A stretch of DNA of 64,000 nt from Acanthaster planci (Eukaryota). Shown in pieces: positions 1 to 19,000 of the stretch (positions are counted from its first letter, which is position 1; each line of letters opens with the position of its first letter). Position numbers and translations under genes: made by a program. Location of the stretch: NCBI RefSeq assembly GCF_001949145.1, contig NW_019091355.1, forward strand, positions 5,853,068 to 5,917,067, read 5' to 3'. Under the pieces are notes generated by a model. It had not been told where the DNA came from and made no database searches. It worked only from the letters and a program-made list of their open reading frames with translations.

Positions 1-341
1 TCGGCAAGAAACCACAGGTGCTGAATGAAGCCAAAGTCCCAATCCTCAGCAACAACGACTGCACACAAGCCTACGGCAGTTACATCTCCAAAAAGATGAT
101 CTGTGCGGGCTACCTGGAAGGGGAACGGCGAGCAGACACATGCAAGGGCGATAGCGGCGGGCCGTTGATTTGTCAGAGTGGGGGAGTGTGGAAGCTTTTC
201 GGGGTGACGTCGTGGGGGGATAACACATTCTGTAACCCTTCTCCAACCGACGCAGTGCCTGGGGTGTACACAAGGGTGGACAGATACCGAAGCTGGATTA
301 AGAGTAAAATGGAAATGGACAACTGTCCTTCTAAAAGATGA
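1..341 (+). CDS. Trypsin-like (S1A) serine protease, terminal exon (5' truncated by window edge)
   Basis: Frame open from nt 3 (GKKPQVLNEAKVP...). Contains MICAG, DTCKGDSGGPLIC (catalytic Ser, Asp189-equivalent), GVTSWG and PGVYTRV. Stop TGA at 339-341. Confidence 0.93.
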   Translation, partial: GKKPQVLNEAKVPILSNNDCTQAYGSYISKKMICAGYLEGERRADTCKGDSGGPLICQSGGVWKLFGVTSWGDNTFCNPSPTDAVPGVYTRVDRYRSWIKSKMEMDNCPSKR

Positions 342-2119
342 CTTTAATCAACCATTTAGATTATGGACAATGATAAACAAAATGGCCCAACACTTACAGT
401 GTAGGCCCTACTCAGTTTGCTAATTTGTGTATGATGGAAAAGCTATTTATTAATATGTAAGAGTTATGTATTGAGAAACACCTATTTATATACATAATTT
501 TTATGTGACATTTTAAAAAAGGAAGAATATTATTTTATGCGATGCATACTTGTTTGAAACAAATTATGCCGAAGTATTTAAAACTGATTTTACTACTTGA
601 AAATTTATTTATTCCATAAAGAAAACGAGAACCTGTATTTAAGCTTGCTAACTTAACTTATTCATTAAGTGTACGTGTATTCGACATTATTTATTTTAAC
701 TCATGAGAGGGTTGAACTTAAACGTGCAATACTATTTAAAAAAAAACAGCACAAGTATTCTTTAATCCTCTCCCAAAAGAGTGGATAAAATTTAATGTAG
801 GCCTAGTAAATGAACACAAAATAAGTTATTTATTATTCAATATACAAAGAAAAAAAGGAGATTTTGCCTTTTTACACAAACTCAAGAATCATATCCCTAC
901 CATCAAACTTGTCCTGGTGATCGTTAATTTTGATCAAAACTCTCGGCAATTTTTAACAAATTCAGAGCAGAAATGCTGCCATTTCCATTTAAATGAATAA
1001 AACAGTTAAGTTCTGTGTTAGATTTTCTTATTAGGAAACTAAACGATTGTAATGCAAATGTCGGTTTGGTATGTCAACTCAACATAAACGTGGAACATGA
1101 CGGTGTAAACAGACGGCAAGTCGGCACGGACAGAGGAGGATTTGGTGGTATGGATACATTTGCGTGTCAAGTTGGGACAGAGGAAACAAGTTGATCTTTG
1201 GGTTGATTTATATTTTCACTTTTACATATTATCTTAAAATAAAACATCTCAGGAAATGACCAGGAATTGCGACCAATTTTCTGGGTATTTGCCTTTTTCA
1301 GAGCAAGTGGATGTGGTCTCTATCTTTGTGTATTTTACTTACCCCCCTCCACACACCCGGTTCAGAAAAAAATTCTATTTTTTTTCGTTCCAAGTAAAAG
1401 CCCTGGCTCGCCTGCCAAATTAGCTGTTGTTTCCAAAAGGTGATTTCTTATTGTATGCTTTTGAGAAAAACACTGAACGGGAGAACATTGTGCATATTAC
1501 ATTTTAGCCTTTTCAAGCATCCTTTTTGTCTAGAAATTAAATTAGCTACAAGGTAGTATATTAATGTCCCTTTCTCCAAAGCCCATAGAACACAGCCCAC
1601 ATCTTCCCGAAAACTCACAATCAATTTACATTAGTGACAAAATGATATCAGCTGTCGCAGAAATTTTGTTCATCGATCACCCACAAGACTAGTGCTCTTG
1701 TTCCCTGGCGACGAAAAGCTGTTCAAGCAAACCGGGCGCATAACGGCCCAACGTTTTATTATTCGATATGTCAATAAATGTGGTTTGGTAAGTAAAAAGT
1801 CCCATTGGCGACAGCAGACACTGGATTCTAAGTCTACGGTTTGGAAGGGTTTTACAGACCAATCGCGGAACTGAGAGAAGAAACGGGTTCGTTCTTTGAA
1901 CAGCGGGACAATGGGAGCCGGAAGCCGACAGACAATAGGCGGGTTTTGGGGGCGATTACAAGCCACCCGTTTACGGTACAGTAATTCGTTTGTCCTCGGC
2001 AAACGAAAGATCAAAAATGATCCAAGGAATTTTGAATCCAGCATGATCAAGTCGTGAACGAATTGTGCCGGTAAAACACTGCGTGTAGTGTATTCACAAC
2101 GGGGCGCGTTTACTAATGG

Positions 2120-2127
2120 TGACGTCA
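2120..2127. promoter_or_regulatory. CRE/ATF palindrome TGACGTCA upstream of protease 2
   Basis: Perfect TGACGTCA about 200 bp upstream of the inferred ATG (2325) in a CpG-retaining region. Function is inferred only. Confidence 0.3.
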
Positions 2128-2324
2128 TCACGAATGATATTACAGTGACTGAAAGGTGATCGGTAATATTTTTTGTTTCAATAGAAGTCAGTGGGACCAG
2201 CCAGTTAACTGAGGACGCACGTGCACTTTGGACCGTGGAGCATATAGCTAACATTACTACGCTGTGAGGAATTATTGTTTGGATTTGGCACATTTCATCG
2301 ATTTCTCGAGTTGGATTTTGAAAG

Positions 2325-5300
2325 ATGTTTGGTGAATGCAGGGGATTTTCCAGTTTGATTTTGTGCTGTTTCGTCGCAGAAATTTGTTTGGCAGCATCAA
2401 GTACAGCGTCGGTCAAACGTAACACAAACAGGAATTTCCCGAGCAAAACAAAGGTAGGTTTTTTCCAGAGTCGTCATTCATAGAGTAACAGCATACCTTT
2501 ATGAAATTTAATTTGCACAAAGGCGTTAATAAAAAAAAATCGAAACAGGGAACACGATGTCCAAAGCATGTTGAAGATAAGTATTTTGTGCCAAGCCCAT
2601 AAATGCTGTGGCCTATGGAAAATAATGTGGCCGAACCCGTACATACAGTACCAATACATTTTTGTTTCGACTGACATAGATGAGACACACCACACATACC
2701 AGAGAATTAGTAGCGCCTGAAGGTGACACGATACCAATACCATCACTGCAGGAGGCGGGGACTCTACCTCCAACGAGCTTAGGAGAGGTAGAAGAATTAG
2801 ATGACACCCAGCAACATTCTCAAAGACGATTACCCATCGGTGAGAAAACATCAATGTCACCTCTCACCCCCTTACTGCTTGTTGGAAGCAGTTTAGCTAA
2901 ACCAGACTTCATCTGAATGTTAATATCTTGAATTGAAATATTTGATTCAGGAAACTTAGTAGAGCCGTGGCCCTTTTTTATCAATTTGAATAACCACTTT
3001 TGAGTATTAAGTTAACGTGTGTGTCACCTAGGCGGCTTGCAGGGATGCGGCACAATTATGTAAGTTGATTTATCAACGACATCAGAACAATTAATCTCCA
3101 CAAAGCCCCTACTCACCTATTTTAAATTGTGGGAGCTTGAGCACGGATGAAAACAGACCAAAGAAAAACGATATTGGGTGTCAACATCTTTGCTGAAACT
3201 TGAGTATGCCTTGGAATCAGTAACAAAAATTGCTCTGGATTATTATCAATACATCTTAGCAAATGTACAATTTACAACAATGATTGAAATATGAAGATCG
3301 TGTGAGCCACAAAATTTCATATGATTTTTTTTTGTCAGGAAATGCTAACAAATTAACTACCATTTTGGCAGCATAATTTCATTGGCACCGAATTTACCGG
3401 ACTGATCCTAAGGATAGTTGCGTCCCATAATTCCCAAAATATTTCGTAACATGACTACAACTCCGCTGATGCAAGCCAGTCTGTCTCATGAGCATTTTTA
3501 AATTGTTAGTGGTACAAAATACAAGATATTTAAAATAATTTCTAGCCACAGGTTTTGAAAATGAAACTCCTTAGAACCATTTGTTGACAAGGGGCAACGA
3601 AACAGCCCCACCAACGAAGAGTCGGTGAAACTTGTGCCAATATACAATATTCAAACTGTGTCTTTTTCTTCGGAATTCCCGAAATTTCACTCGCAAAAAA
3701 AGCAATGTAAAATTTCTCAAGTTCACTCTAGAATTCCATTAATGTCCTACGTCATGAACTTCACATGGCCTCTGCTTTAACGATAGGAAAAAAGACCTGA
3801 ATTTGGTTGAAAACATTTGAGTTGCAGCCTTGGATTAGTTCTAAACTTCGAAAGCGATTGTTCACGCAAGATTAGCCTGGGACCGCAGTTGACCGAATGA
3901 CGCGGTGGCAAGGTCGTTCTCTCCCAAGCACTACTATGTCCTCTTCCCCGATTCAGACTGACACCTGTCGCCGTGAGACCAGATTAACCCTGAAAGCTAC
4001 ATATAAACGACAATTAATTAAAAATGTCCAATCGTGAGTCGGTGAGGGGTGACAGGTTCAACTCGAAGGTGGTGGTATTTATAGATTAAGGTTCGGGAAT
4101 TCTCGGAAGGTCGAAAAAAAACTTCGACTCCCTTTAGTTCCGGTTTTCGGCCAACAAAGCCCAGATGCAATGCACGCGTAGGTAGCCTTGCCCAACGAAT
4201 GACAAATTATCCGCAAGGGGCAAAGGAGATTCCTTCAGATTTGCAAGAGCTCTAATAACGTACAATATTGGGTATAGAGAATTAAAGAATCTATGCGTCT
4301 GTACAGTCAAGACCAAGTGACATTATTTCAATGGTTATTTTTTTTCCTGGGAGGTGAAATACATATAGTTGTCTCTGAAAAAATACTACTTTCTACACAA
4401 TGCACTCGCAATGAATCTTCACAATGAACATAATTTTAATGAACATAATTGGCTTTGCCGATGTGGACTTTGCAAAATTATTGTGAAAGCAAAAACATCC
4501 ATTGTCTTGCGCTCTCAAATTTATGTAAACCATTGATAGAGTATCCTTTTCAAACAATTTGTTGGAAACATATTTTAAGTACAGTGTTTGAAAACAGTGA
4601 ACAAAATAGTGTCGAGTCTTTTCTTTATGGCTGCCACGAATGTTTATTTCCAAACTGACGATAATTCTTGCAATTAATGAAGTGCTAATGCTACATTCAA
4701 ATTTTCAAAAAATCTGCCCTAGCCGGGAATTAAATCCGGACCTAGAGCGTGGCAGGTCACTGTCCCCGCGTTACTTTACCTAAACTTTTATCTTTACAGA
4801 AACAGTAGTTTTGCCTTAAGATGAGATTTAGGCAGTTAGTAAATCCGTTATAAATCTCAAATATTTCAATATGGTGCTATTGTGATTTTTCATACCCATT
4901 CATAAAACAATTCATCCCAGATAATGTATATTGAACATGTTGAACCCACGTAAAATAAGGAGTGAATGCCTGCCTAGGCAGGGAATCGAATTCGGGCCTC
5001 CAGCATGGCAGGCAAGAATTCTATACGTGTACCACGGAACCACCAGTACACATGCCAAGGTTCAATGTTATTTTAATTTCAGCTTGAAAGACGAAAGTTC
5101 TATTTCAGTTTATAAAACTTAGAAGTTTACCTGGAGCAGTTGCGATGCTCAACAACATAAATCCCAGGGCATATTGTATAGTGCACACATTCAAGCCATC
5201 CGTAATATCAAAAGGAAACATAAATTTAAAAATCCTCATTTGCACTGACTGGGAATCGAACCCGGGCCTCCCGCGTGGCGGGTGAGAATTCTACTATTGA

Positions 5301-7388
5301 ACCAACAGTGCACTTGAAATACCCATTTGCCATCCTGCTTCTCATATTTTACATTTGAGAGATTAAGATTAGCAAAGTTCCTTATATATGGTGATTTACT
5401 TTGGTATCTCGCTATTTAAATAAACATTTTCCATCTAATAGCTGGATTGACGAAGTGCGGGCGTCGGCCAACTAATCCCTACCGTCGAATTCGCAGAGTG
5501 GTCGGTGGTCTGACTGCCGGGACACGGTGGCCATGGCAGGCGCAAATCATCCGGCGGGATGCCTTCAATCAGGAGGTTCACCATTGTGGCGGGACGCTCA
5601 TCGACACCATGCACGTACTGACGGCTGCCCACTGTTTTGATGGGTGCGTGTTTCACGAGGAGGGCTGGTAGGGGAATAGCGGCATGCGGGGGGGGGCATG
5701 TCAATGTACTAGAACTAAAAGGGAGCAGGTGACGAGGTTAGGACTGCATTTAAGATGGTCTTCACTTGTCTACCAATCATCTTTTTTACTTTTGATCTGC
5801 CAAAAAACCTGGTTTTAAAAGAAGGAAGCTACGTTTACGCATGGTTAGTTCTAGTCTAGACCAAAATACATGTGTAGCGGATAGAGGATTATTAATAATT
5901 ATGACCAGAAACTTTTCTTAAGGAAACATCATCTGTACACGAAGGTACAACTGATCTTTGTATGAACAAGGGTACCAAAGCCTCACTTTCTAGCCTTTAG
6001 AGTGATCAACATCATTTATGAGACCTGGAAAATGCCACAGGGAATTTAAAACATGATCATTGATACATACTATGCAAAACTTCTCAAAAACATTCTGATG
6101 GAATTTCTTAATTCTGGGGCTAGTTAACTGTGGAATTCAGTTTTTCTTGATGGGTTCACTGATAAAGTATGATACTCCAAACCCAAAATCTCACGAGCTC
6201 CTCGAAGCAATACGTAAATACCTGTGACCTTTGTTTCTGTGTAACTGCAGTTATCACAAGAATGACTTCATCATCCGTCTCGGCCAGCATGACCGCTCTA
6301 CCACAGAGCCTCAGGAGCAAGACTTTACCATCGGCTGTTTGGACATCCACACTAAGTACCGGATGCTGCGATCTGGCTATGGCTATGCTAACGACATTGC
6401 TCTGGTGACTTTACGAGGGAGGATCAAAGGCCACAAGGGGGCACTGTTTAATGATCATGTGCTACCGGCTTGCCTGCCCCAGCAGGAAGAGTTCAAGGCG
6501 GGAGACAACTGCTGGGTGACAGGCTGGGGACATTCCAGTAAGATGACATGCTTATTTTCACATTTTTTCCAAAATAAGGGATACAGCAAAACACAGAAAA
6601 TCTAGGTTGTAAGCAAGATAAAAAGTCCAAGATACACAATACTGGTACAGACCCTTACATACTACCACAGCAGGAGCAAGAAAATTGTACAAATAATTGC
6701 AAGAAAGCATTAAATCAACATCATTCATTTTACATGTGATCACTCCATGTGCACAGATCAAATACATGTAGGAAGTTGTGTGCTACAGAGCACACCTTGC
6801 TTGCAGAACTTGATTAGATTGAAATCAAGCCCTGCAGCTCAGGTACGCCAGAAAGGGGTTCTCGTTGTGTACAAACATTGTTTGATACATGGATACATAA
6901 GAACGTGTATGAAAGTCGTGATGGATTTTCGTAATCACAGGACTATAAACGTTTATGTATACTGTCATCTTCTCTTGTCTATGTACTACAAAGTCTTGTA
7001 TTTCACCTTGCCTACAGATTTCAGTGATCTTGTCTCCAGTTCCTTTCCTGACATGCTGAATGAGGCCCCCGTGCCACTCCAGCCACAGAAAACCTGCCGC
7101 GCCATCTACGGCCGCCAGATCTCCCGCAGGACAATCTGTGCTGGTCAGGTGGGGACCCGCAGCCCCAGGGCTGACACCTGCCGGGGAGACAGCGGGGGCC
7201 CACTGGTGTGCAAGCGCTATGGTGTGTGGAAGGTGTGGGGGATCACGTCCTGGGGTCTGGACTCACTGTGTAACGAGCGGCCTCCTGGGGGTGCTACCCC
7301 AGGCGTGTACACTCGGGTGGACCAGTACCTGAATTGGATCCAGCGGCGGATGGAAAGGCGGCGAAGGACACCAGTCTGCATCAACTGA
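2325..7388 (+). CDS. Secreted trypsin-like (S1A) serine protease zymogen, 5 exons, about 382 aa
   Basis: join(2325..2453,2680..2839,5442..5643,6251..6537,7018..7388). All introns are GT-AG with matching phases 0,1,2,1; total 1149 nt. Exon 1 is signal-peptide-like ([23 protein letters not shown]). Exon 3 has KCG...[13 protein letters not shown] and TAAHC (His); exon 4 NDIAL (Asp) and CWVTGWG; exon 5 GDSGGP (Ser). Exons 1-2 are less certain than 3-5. Confidence 0.88.
4715..4760 (-). pseudogene. Heavily decayed tRNA-Gly fragment (copy 1)
   Basis: tgccctagccgggaattaaatccggacctagagcgtggcagg aligns by eye with the copies at 4971 and 5241. A T-run lies downstream on the minus strand. Confidence 0.55.
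4971..5049 (-). pseudogene. Decayed tRNA-Gly(GCC) pseudogene (copy 2)
   Basis: Minus strand reads ...AGAATTCTTGCCTGCCATGCTGGAGGCCCGAATTCGATTCCCTGCCTAGGCA. It has an ~8-nt insertion in the D-arm region. Confidence 0.7.
5241..5311 (-). tRNA. tRNA-Gly(GCC), full length but probably a pseudogene (copy 3)
   Basis: GCACTGTTGGTTCAATAGTAGAATTCTCACCCGCCACGCGGGAGGCCCGGGTTCGATTCCCAGTCAGTGCA. 71-nt cloverleaf with GCC anticodon, intact B box and a TTTTT terminator ~8 nt downstream. Defects: U33>C, loss of D-loop GG, and one mismatch each in the acceptor, anticodon and T stems. Confidence 0.85.
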
Positions 7389-8974
7389 GTTACTTATAGA
7401 AATGCAATAAGATTTCCTAAATAAATGCCGATCAGCTCAAGTGATTTCAGATAGGCAAAAATCATTCACAAATTTTAAATAATTTTTTTCAAAGCAAATT
7501 GCCCATGAACTTTGGATATTGTTGAACAAATGTAAACTTCTGTATTACAGCATACCAAGTTTAAATGCTGCACTGACTGAACTATCCTCAGGACTGGTGT
7601 TTTTAAGCAAATCTGTAAGGGTGTAATGAGATGAAGGAATGACATCATCATCAGAAACACGTCAGTATTATCTCAGAACCACTGCCAAGTTGAAATATGT
7701 ATTTCCCTTTTGCTTCTTCAACTTCTCACAGATCAGCTATCTCCCCTTACAATCCCGTTTCCCATACAAATTTCATTTTGAAATTGAACTTTAAAAAAAA
7801 TGTTACTTGGTGCTACTTTTAAACTGCAGCTTATGTTAAAATGTTAGTGAATAGTTTCTAACTCAGGACCCAATTTGAAATTGAATTTTGGTGCAAGTGC
7901 TGAACCACTACTTTAAGCCTCTGCCACATGGGATAAACAGAAAAAAAAGCTGTCTGCAACAGCACAGAAAGCATTCAGTGGTTTCAGCGTTTTCCAAGAA
8001 TTACCTATATTGTATAAGTATTTATTCTTGTATTATTTATTGTGCTTGGTGTATTCATCCTGACCTGCTTCACTGGGGTCAGCAAGGTTAGCCTTCTGCC
8101 AGAGGGAACGGCTTACTTCTCTTCAAATGTTGTGACTTCACATTATGGCATTTTTCTTCATTTTCCGACTTAAAATACAGAATACATCAATACTTGTGAG
8201 TCTTTGAATGAAAAAATATGGCAATATGTTGACATTCTGGTTGAGTCTTCAGTGTTATTTTGCCATACTTACCAATTAAATTGTGAATACATTTGGAACT
8301 GAAAGATGATTTTGTGTGTTGTATTTTTACTTGTATGCGGTCTATTGCCCCAAAAAGTGTTTAATTAATGGCCGATGGTGCAGCTAAGACAAACTTCCAA
8401 CCTGAGCAGCGTCTGCATACATCTGTTCCCTTCCACAGAGTTCCAGTTTCAGCCAGTGATTGACAGCCATTGTGTGAGACAAACTTCTCTCAATTCAAAC
8501 ATCACAAAGCAGTTACCATCATTACCCTGACTCTCCTGGATCGTTAAGAATCCATGAGGAGGAGTTCTGGAGGATTTAGCAGGATTGAAGAAGGCAAGAC
8601 ACCAACTTGTGATTTGTGTAAAGGTGAATGCCCCTCTAAAGTACAAAGAGTGTTCCTGGTAAAGATACCCTAGAAGACCAGCTCACTTGCACATAAACCC
8701 AAATTCCCTACACAGTTGTGGTTTCAACATTTCCCAACCCCACTGAAATTCAACAGACTGCTGCAGAACAGCGACACATTTTCAGAGCTTAGACATCAGA
8801 AAAGATAGTGGCTTTCAGAGTTCTCCATCAAATACCAACTGCAAAATATGCAGTGGATATCGGACATAAATATGAAATATATGGGAGTAGATACTGATGT
8901 AATTATTAAGTGTAATTATTACCTTCATGATGTGTCGGACTTTAAGTGGCGATGGAGGGACCACAAAGAATATA

Positions 8975-9033
8975 TTAACCCCAACACTCCTCAGTCCTCC
9001 AACAGGTGAAGGATTGAGGAGTGTTAGGGTTAA
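8975..9033. mobile_element. 59-bp TTAA-flanked palindromic MITE (piggyBac-like termini)
   Basis: TTAA-CCCCAACACTCCTCA...TGAGGAGTGTTAGGG-TTAA. 57/59 identical to the reverse complement of 37517-37575. Confidence 0.75.
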
Positions 9034-9348
9034 TGAACGTGTACTCACTTTCTTTGGTATACATACATGTACATGCAAATGAAACAAATGAGGAACGACA
9101 AGCATCCACCAGGGACATGCCACTGCCGACAAGTGGTATGGGTCAAATGCTAAGCGACAAAGTGCCCTTTCTTGTTCAACACAAAGCCCCTAGCTGGATG
9201 TCTCTCACATGCACTATCAGTAATCAGTATGGTCATGTCAACTGTAACCCATTCTAATACAGACACTATATGGGTCATGCAGTAAGCAATCCAACAATAC
9301 TCATGAAAAAGGTGACACATACCAATTTTTGTATCGTTTCCTGTGCAT

Positions 9349-9354
9349 TTTATT
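9349..9354 (-). terminator. Polyadenylation signal AATAAA of RPS14
   Basis: tttatt on + strand about 85 nt downstream of the RPS14 stop codon. Confidence 0.65.
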
Positions 9355-9436
9355 GGTCAAAATCACAGAACATACTACTTGCTTTGTACAGTACTTTGGC
9401 TGCATTGGACAACAGCCTTTGGATTAATGGCGCCCT

Positions 9437-16032
<6,596 letters not shown>

Positions 16033-19000
16033 GTCTGCAATAATTATAAACATCAAGATGAGAAAACATCCATGTCTGAAGTATGTATGGGCACCATATC
16101 AAAGCTCATAACTCTATCATTCGCCAGCATCAACCGATAATTGCATTGGACATCGGTCCGGGCCCATGTTTGGCAATATCGGCAAAACATCGGATCAGCA
16201 AAATGTGACCTTCTTGCCAATATGAGTGCCGATGTTAAAATGAACAAAGGAGCAAACTCTGCACTCAGTTTCGGCATGAATAAAAACTTTGGTTTTTTCA
16301 TTTGGTGAGACTAATGAACAGTTATACCATGGTTAAACCCACACAAGTATCCCTGAAAAATATATCTGTGCAATCAGTGCTGCAACAACTCAATGTACGG
16401 AACACGGACTCAAGGAGCAGTCAGTGTACATGTTTCCATTTCCACTGACCTCTATAAAAAGAGTCAGGGAACTACACCGTGTGTGGTACCACCAGGTGCT
16501 GTGTGACCAGACTGAAGGTAACCCATGATTATTTAGCCTTTACTCAAGGAGCGCGCGTGGCTACCTGGACACATGATGCGCACCTCTGCCGTTGGCACAA
16601 CAAAGACACCCAAGTGAGTAGCGAAGCATGGTACACTGGTGTCATGTGCACCTTGACTAAAGTTTGCCCGTGATTCAGCCTGGGGCGCTCTGTGTTTATT
16701 CTGCATATGTATGCACAGCGTGCGTTGGGTGTGAATACAACTGAGCACCATCGGTATCGTGCAAATGGCGATGTGATGTACCCAATAATTTATTCTCTCA
16801 ACTCAGTTTAAAGGCAAAAAACTAATCCTATAACCGGTAATATGTAAACTGACATTTTAAATTTCAAAGGAGTGCACTGAGTTTGTGTTGTTAGGGGCAG
16901 GCCTACATCCTGTTAAGTTTGTGTTTTCAGTTATTGTTGGTAAAAACATCGGATCGGATATGACATCTGCCAATGTTCTAATTAAAACATCGGACATCTG
17001 ATCAGGAGTTAAAACCTACGTCAGTTGATTCTGAAACCTGCAGACACTGACAATCATACATTCTTTTTGCTGAACTAGCATTCAATGTTAGTTTAAGACT
17101 GGCCAAACACACATTTATTTCCATTCATAAATACTTTTTTACTTAGCGAGTCCAACAATTTTGTTCTAGAATTTTACTTTCATTTTCCCGAACACCCCAG
17201 TCCACTTTACGGTATATTCCTTGTGCAAGTTGTCCAAAAGAATCTCCTTATATGGACTTGACGTGAAAGTGGCAAGGGGTACTGTGTGGAGTCCAGGGCC
17301 CCGGGAAAATTTTGATTCTAGATGCTCTGTGGTGCATTCCAAGGCAATTCCTGGCCACTTTCCCTCCACTTTTAAGAGCAAAAGTTTAAAATATTTTGTG
17401 AAGACTTTCCTTTATTTAACACATAATAATTCATTGCATTGCAAATTAATGTAAAAGATCAGCAGGCCTACAATTGAATAGAGCCTCATTCCTAAATTTT
17501 GTTTATCTTTATTGATAATTAAAAACACATGTTATACAGAGGAACTGCTGGCTGGTCAAGGTATTAAAATCAGACATTAACTCCTCAATTTTTCTTACTT
17601 CCATTTTCCATTAATTGATCCGAGGGGTTAATATGTGTCAAGAACAAAAAATCTTAAAGTTAAACTGTGATACGTCTGAAGTTTAATTGTGAAACATCAT
17701 ATGTACTTGCATAACCAAATGGATGAAAACATGCATGAAGTTCAACCATTATCCCCCCCCCCAAAGTAGAGTGCTTTAAAACACCCTGATCTAAAGTTAA
17801 AGACAGTGAGGTTGAGGCCAGGATTTCGCATACCCATTACAAATTTTGCACCAGCACTGTGGGGTGTGTACATGCCATGGCATATTGAAATATAAAAATG
17901 CACATGAACACAAAGGTATGACAAGGAACAACCGACTTCGATTTTAACTGCCGATCCAATGTCCAATGTTTTAATTAACCGGAACATTGGCCAACATATG
18001 ATTGGATCCAATGATTTTACAGATATTAGAATGACCTTGAAAATGTAATCTTTTAATGATGTAGGCCTACTCCTAATGACACAAAAACAGTGTACATGTA
18101 CTCCCTTAACCACATCAAGATGGGGGCATTTATGAATGTTAATTCTGCTGGGACGGGATATTTTTCATTTTTTTCTGTTTTCAAAATTCTTTAAAATTTC
18201 ATATCTTCATTTACTGGACACTTACAGCCACACACTAAGGACTGTCTGGTTTCTACTCTAATCTGACAGACAACATCTATTGACGCTGGAGTATTTCAGC
18301 CAGGCCTGCCGCCTTGTAAAAAGAGCCCAGATTGTGCAGTGATACGTAATTTTCTTTTGTTCACGAAACTGGCACAACAGGGGCCAGATTAGCGTGCAGT
18401 GGTACTGTGTGGCTCATCGCTGTGGTGGTGGAACGCTTTTGTACCTGGTGATAATCCACTCACACTCAATGCCCCAACAGCGGTACACCGTTTCAAAAAA
18501 ATGTTGGATTATCTCCACTGTTGATGGTGAAAAAATGTTGGTAATTCCCAGCAGCCTGGTCTTTTGTTACGAGTACAGTCTTTTGTTACAAGGCCCAGGT
18601 CCCTTTGTCTGATTTCAGAAACCCCGGATATGCATATAAAGAATACGTGCCCGAAAGCGGGCTCCCCAACAGTAAGTGGTTAACCCTAACTGCCCAAGCA
18701 CTGTTTGTGGTATCCCTCCTTAATCACACAAACTCCAATACCTTGAAATCAACCCCTACCTAACAGTGCACAATCACAGAGACTTCACCAGTACTCTTGC
18801 TACAAGAGTACCCAATCAAAGCCGGCCCATTGCACAGTACAAAGAGTGTGGATAGGCAGTACAAAATCAAACAAACTCACATACCATCATGCTGCATATC
18901 CATCCCCAACTAATGGGATCATTGTGAGCTAATGGCATTTGTCCTTGTTACGGTAATTATTACATACATGTACCATCTTAATGGGAAGCTTTCAGTCATT

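Noticed and set aside
1670..2446. 258-aa ORF on the minus strand
   Set aside because: No recognisable domain, non-ATG start, and antisense to the promoter and first exon of protease 2; probably a chance ORF in CpG-rich DNA.
8370..8830. Coding-like composition between protease 2 and the RPS14 3' end
   Set aside because: The frames I tried hit stops quickly, and I saw no similarity to a known protein.
8975..9033. TAACCC/GGGTTA as interstitial telomeric repeat
   Set aside because: Only 1-2 units, always in inverted pairs with TTAA flanks; better explained as transposon termini.
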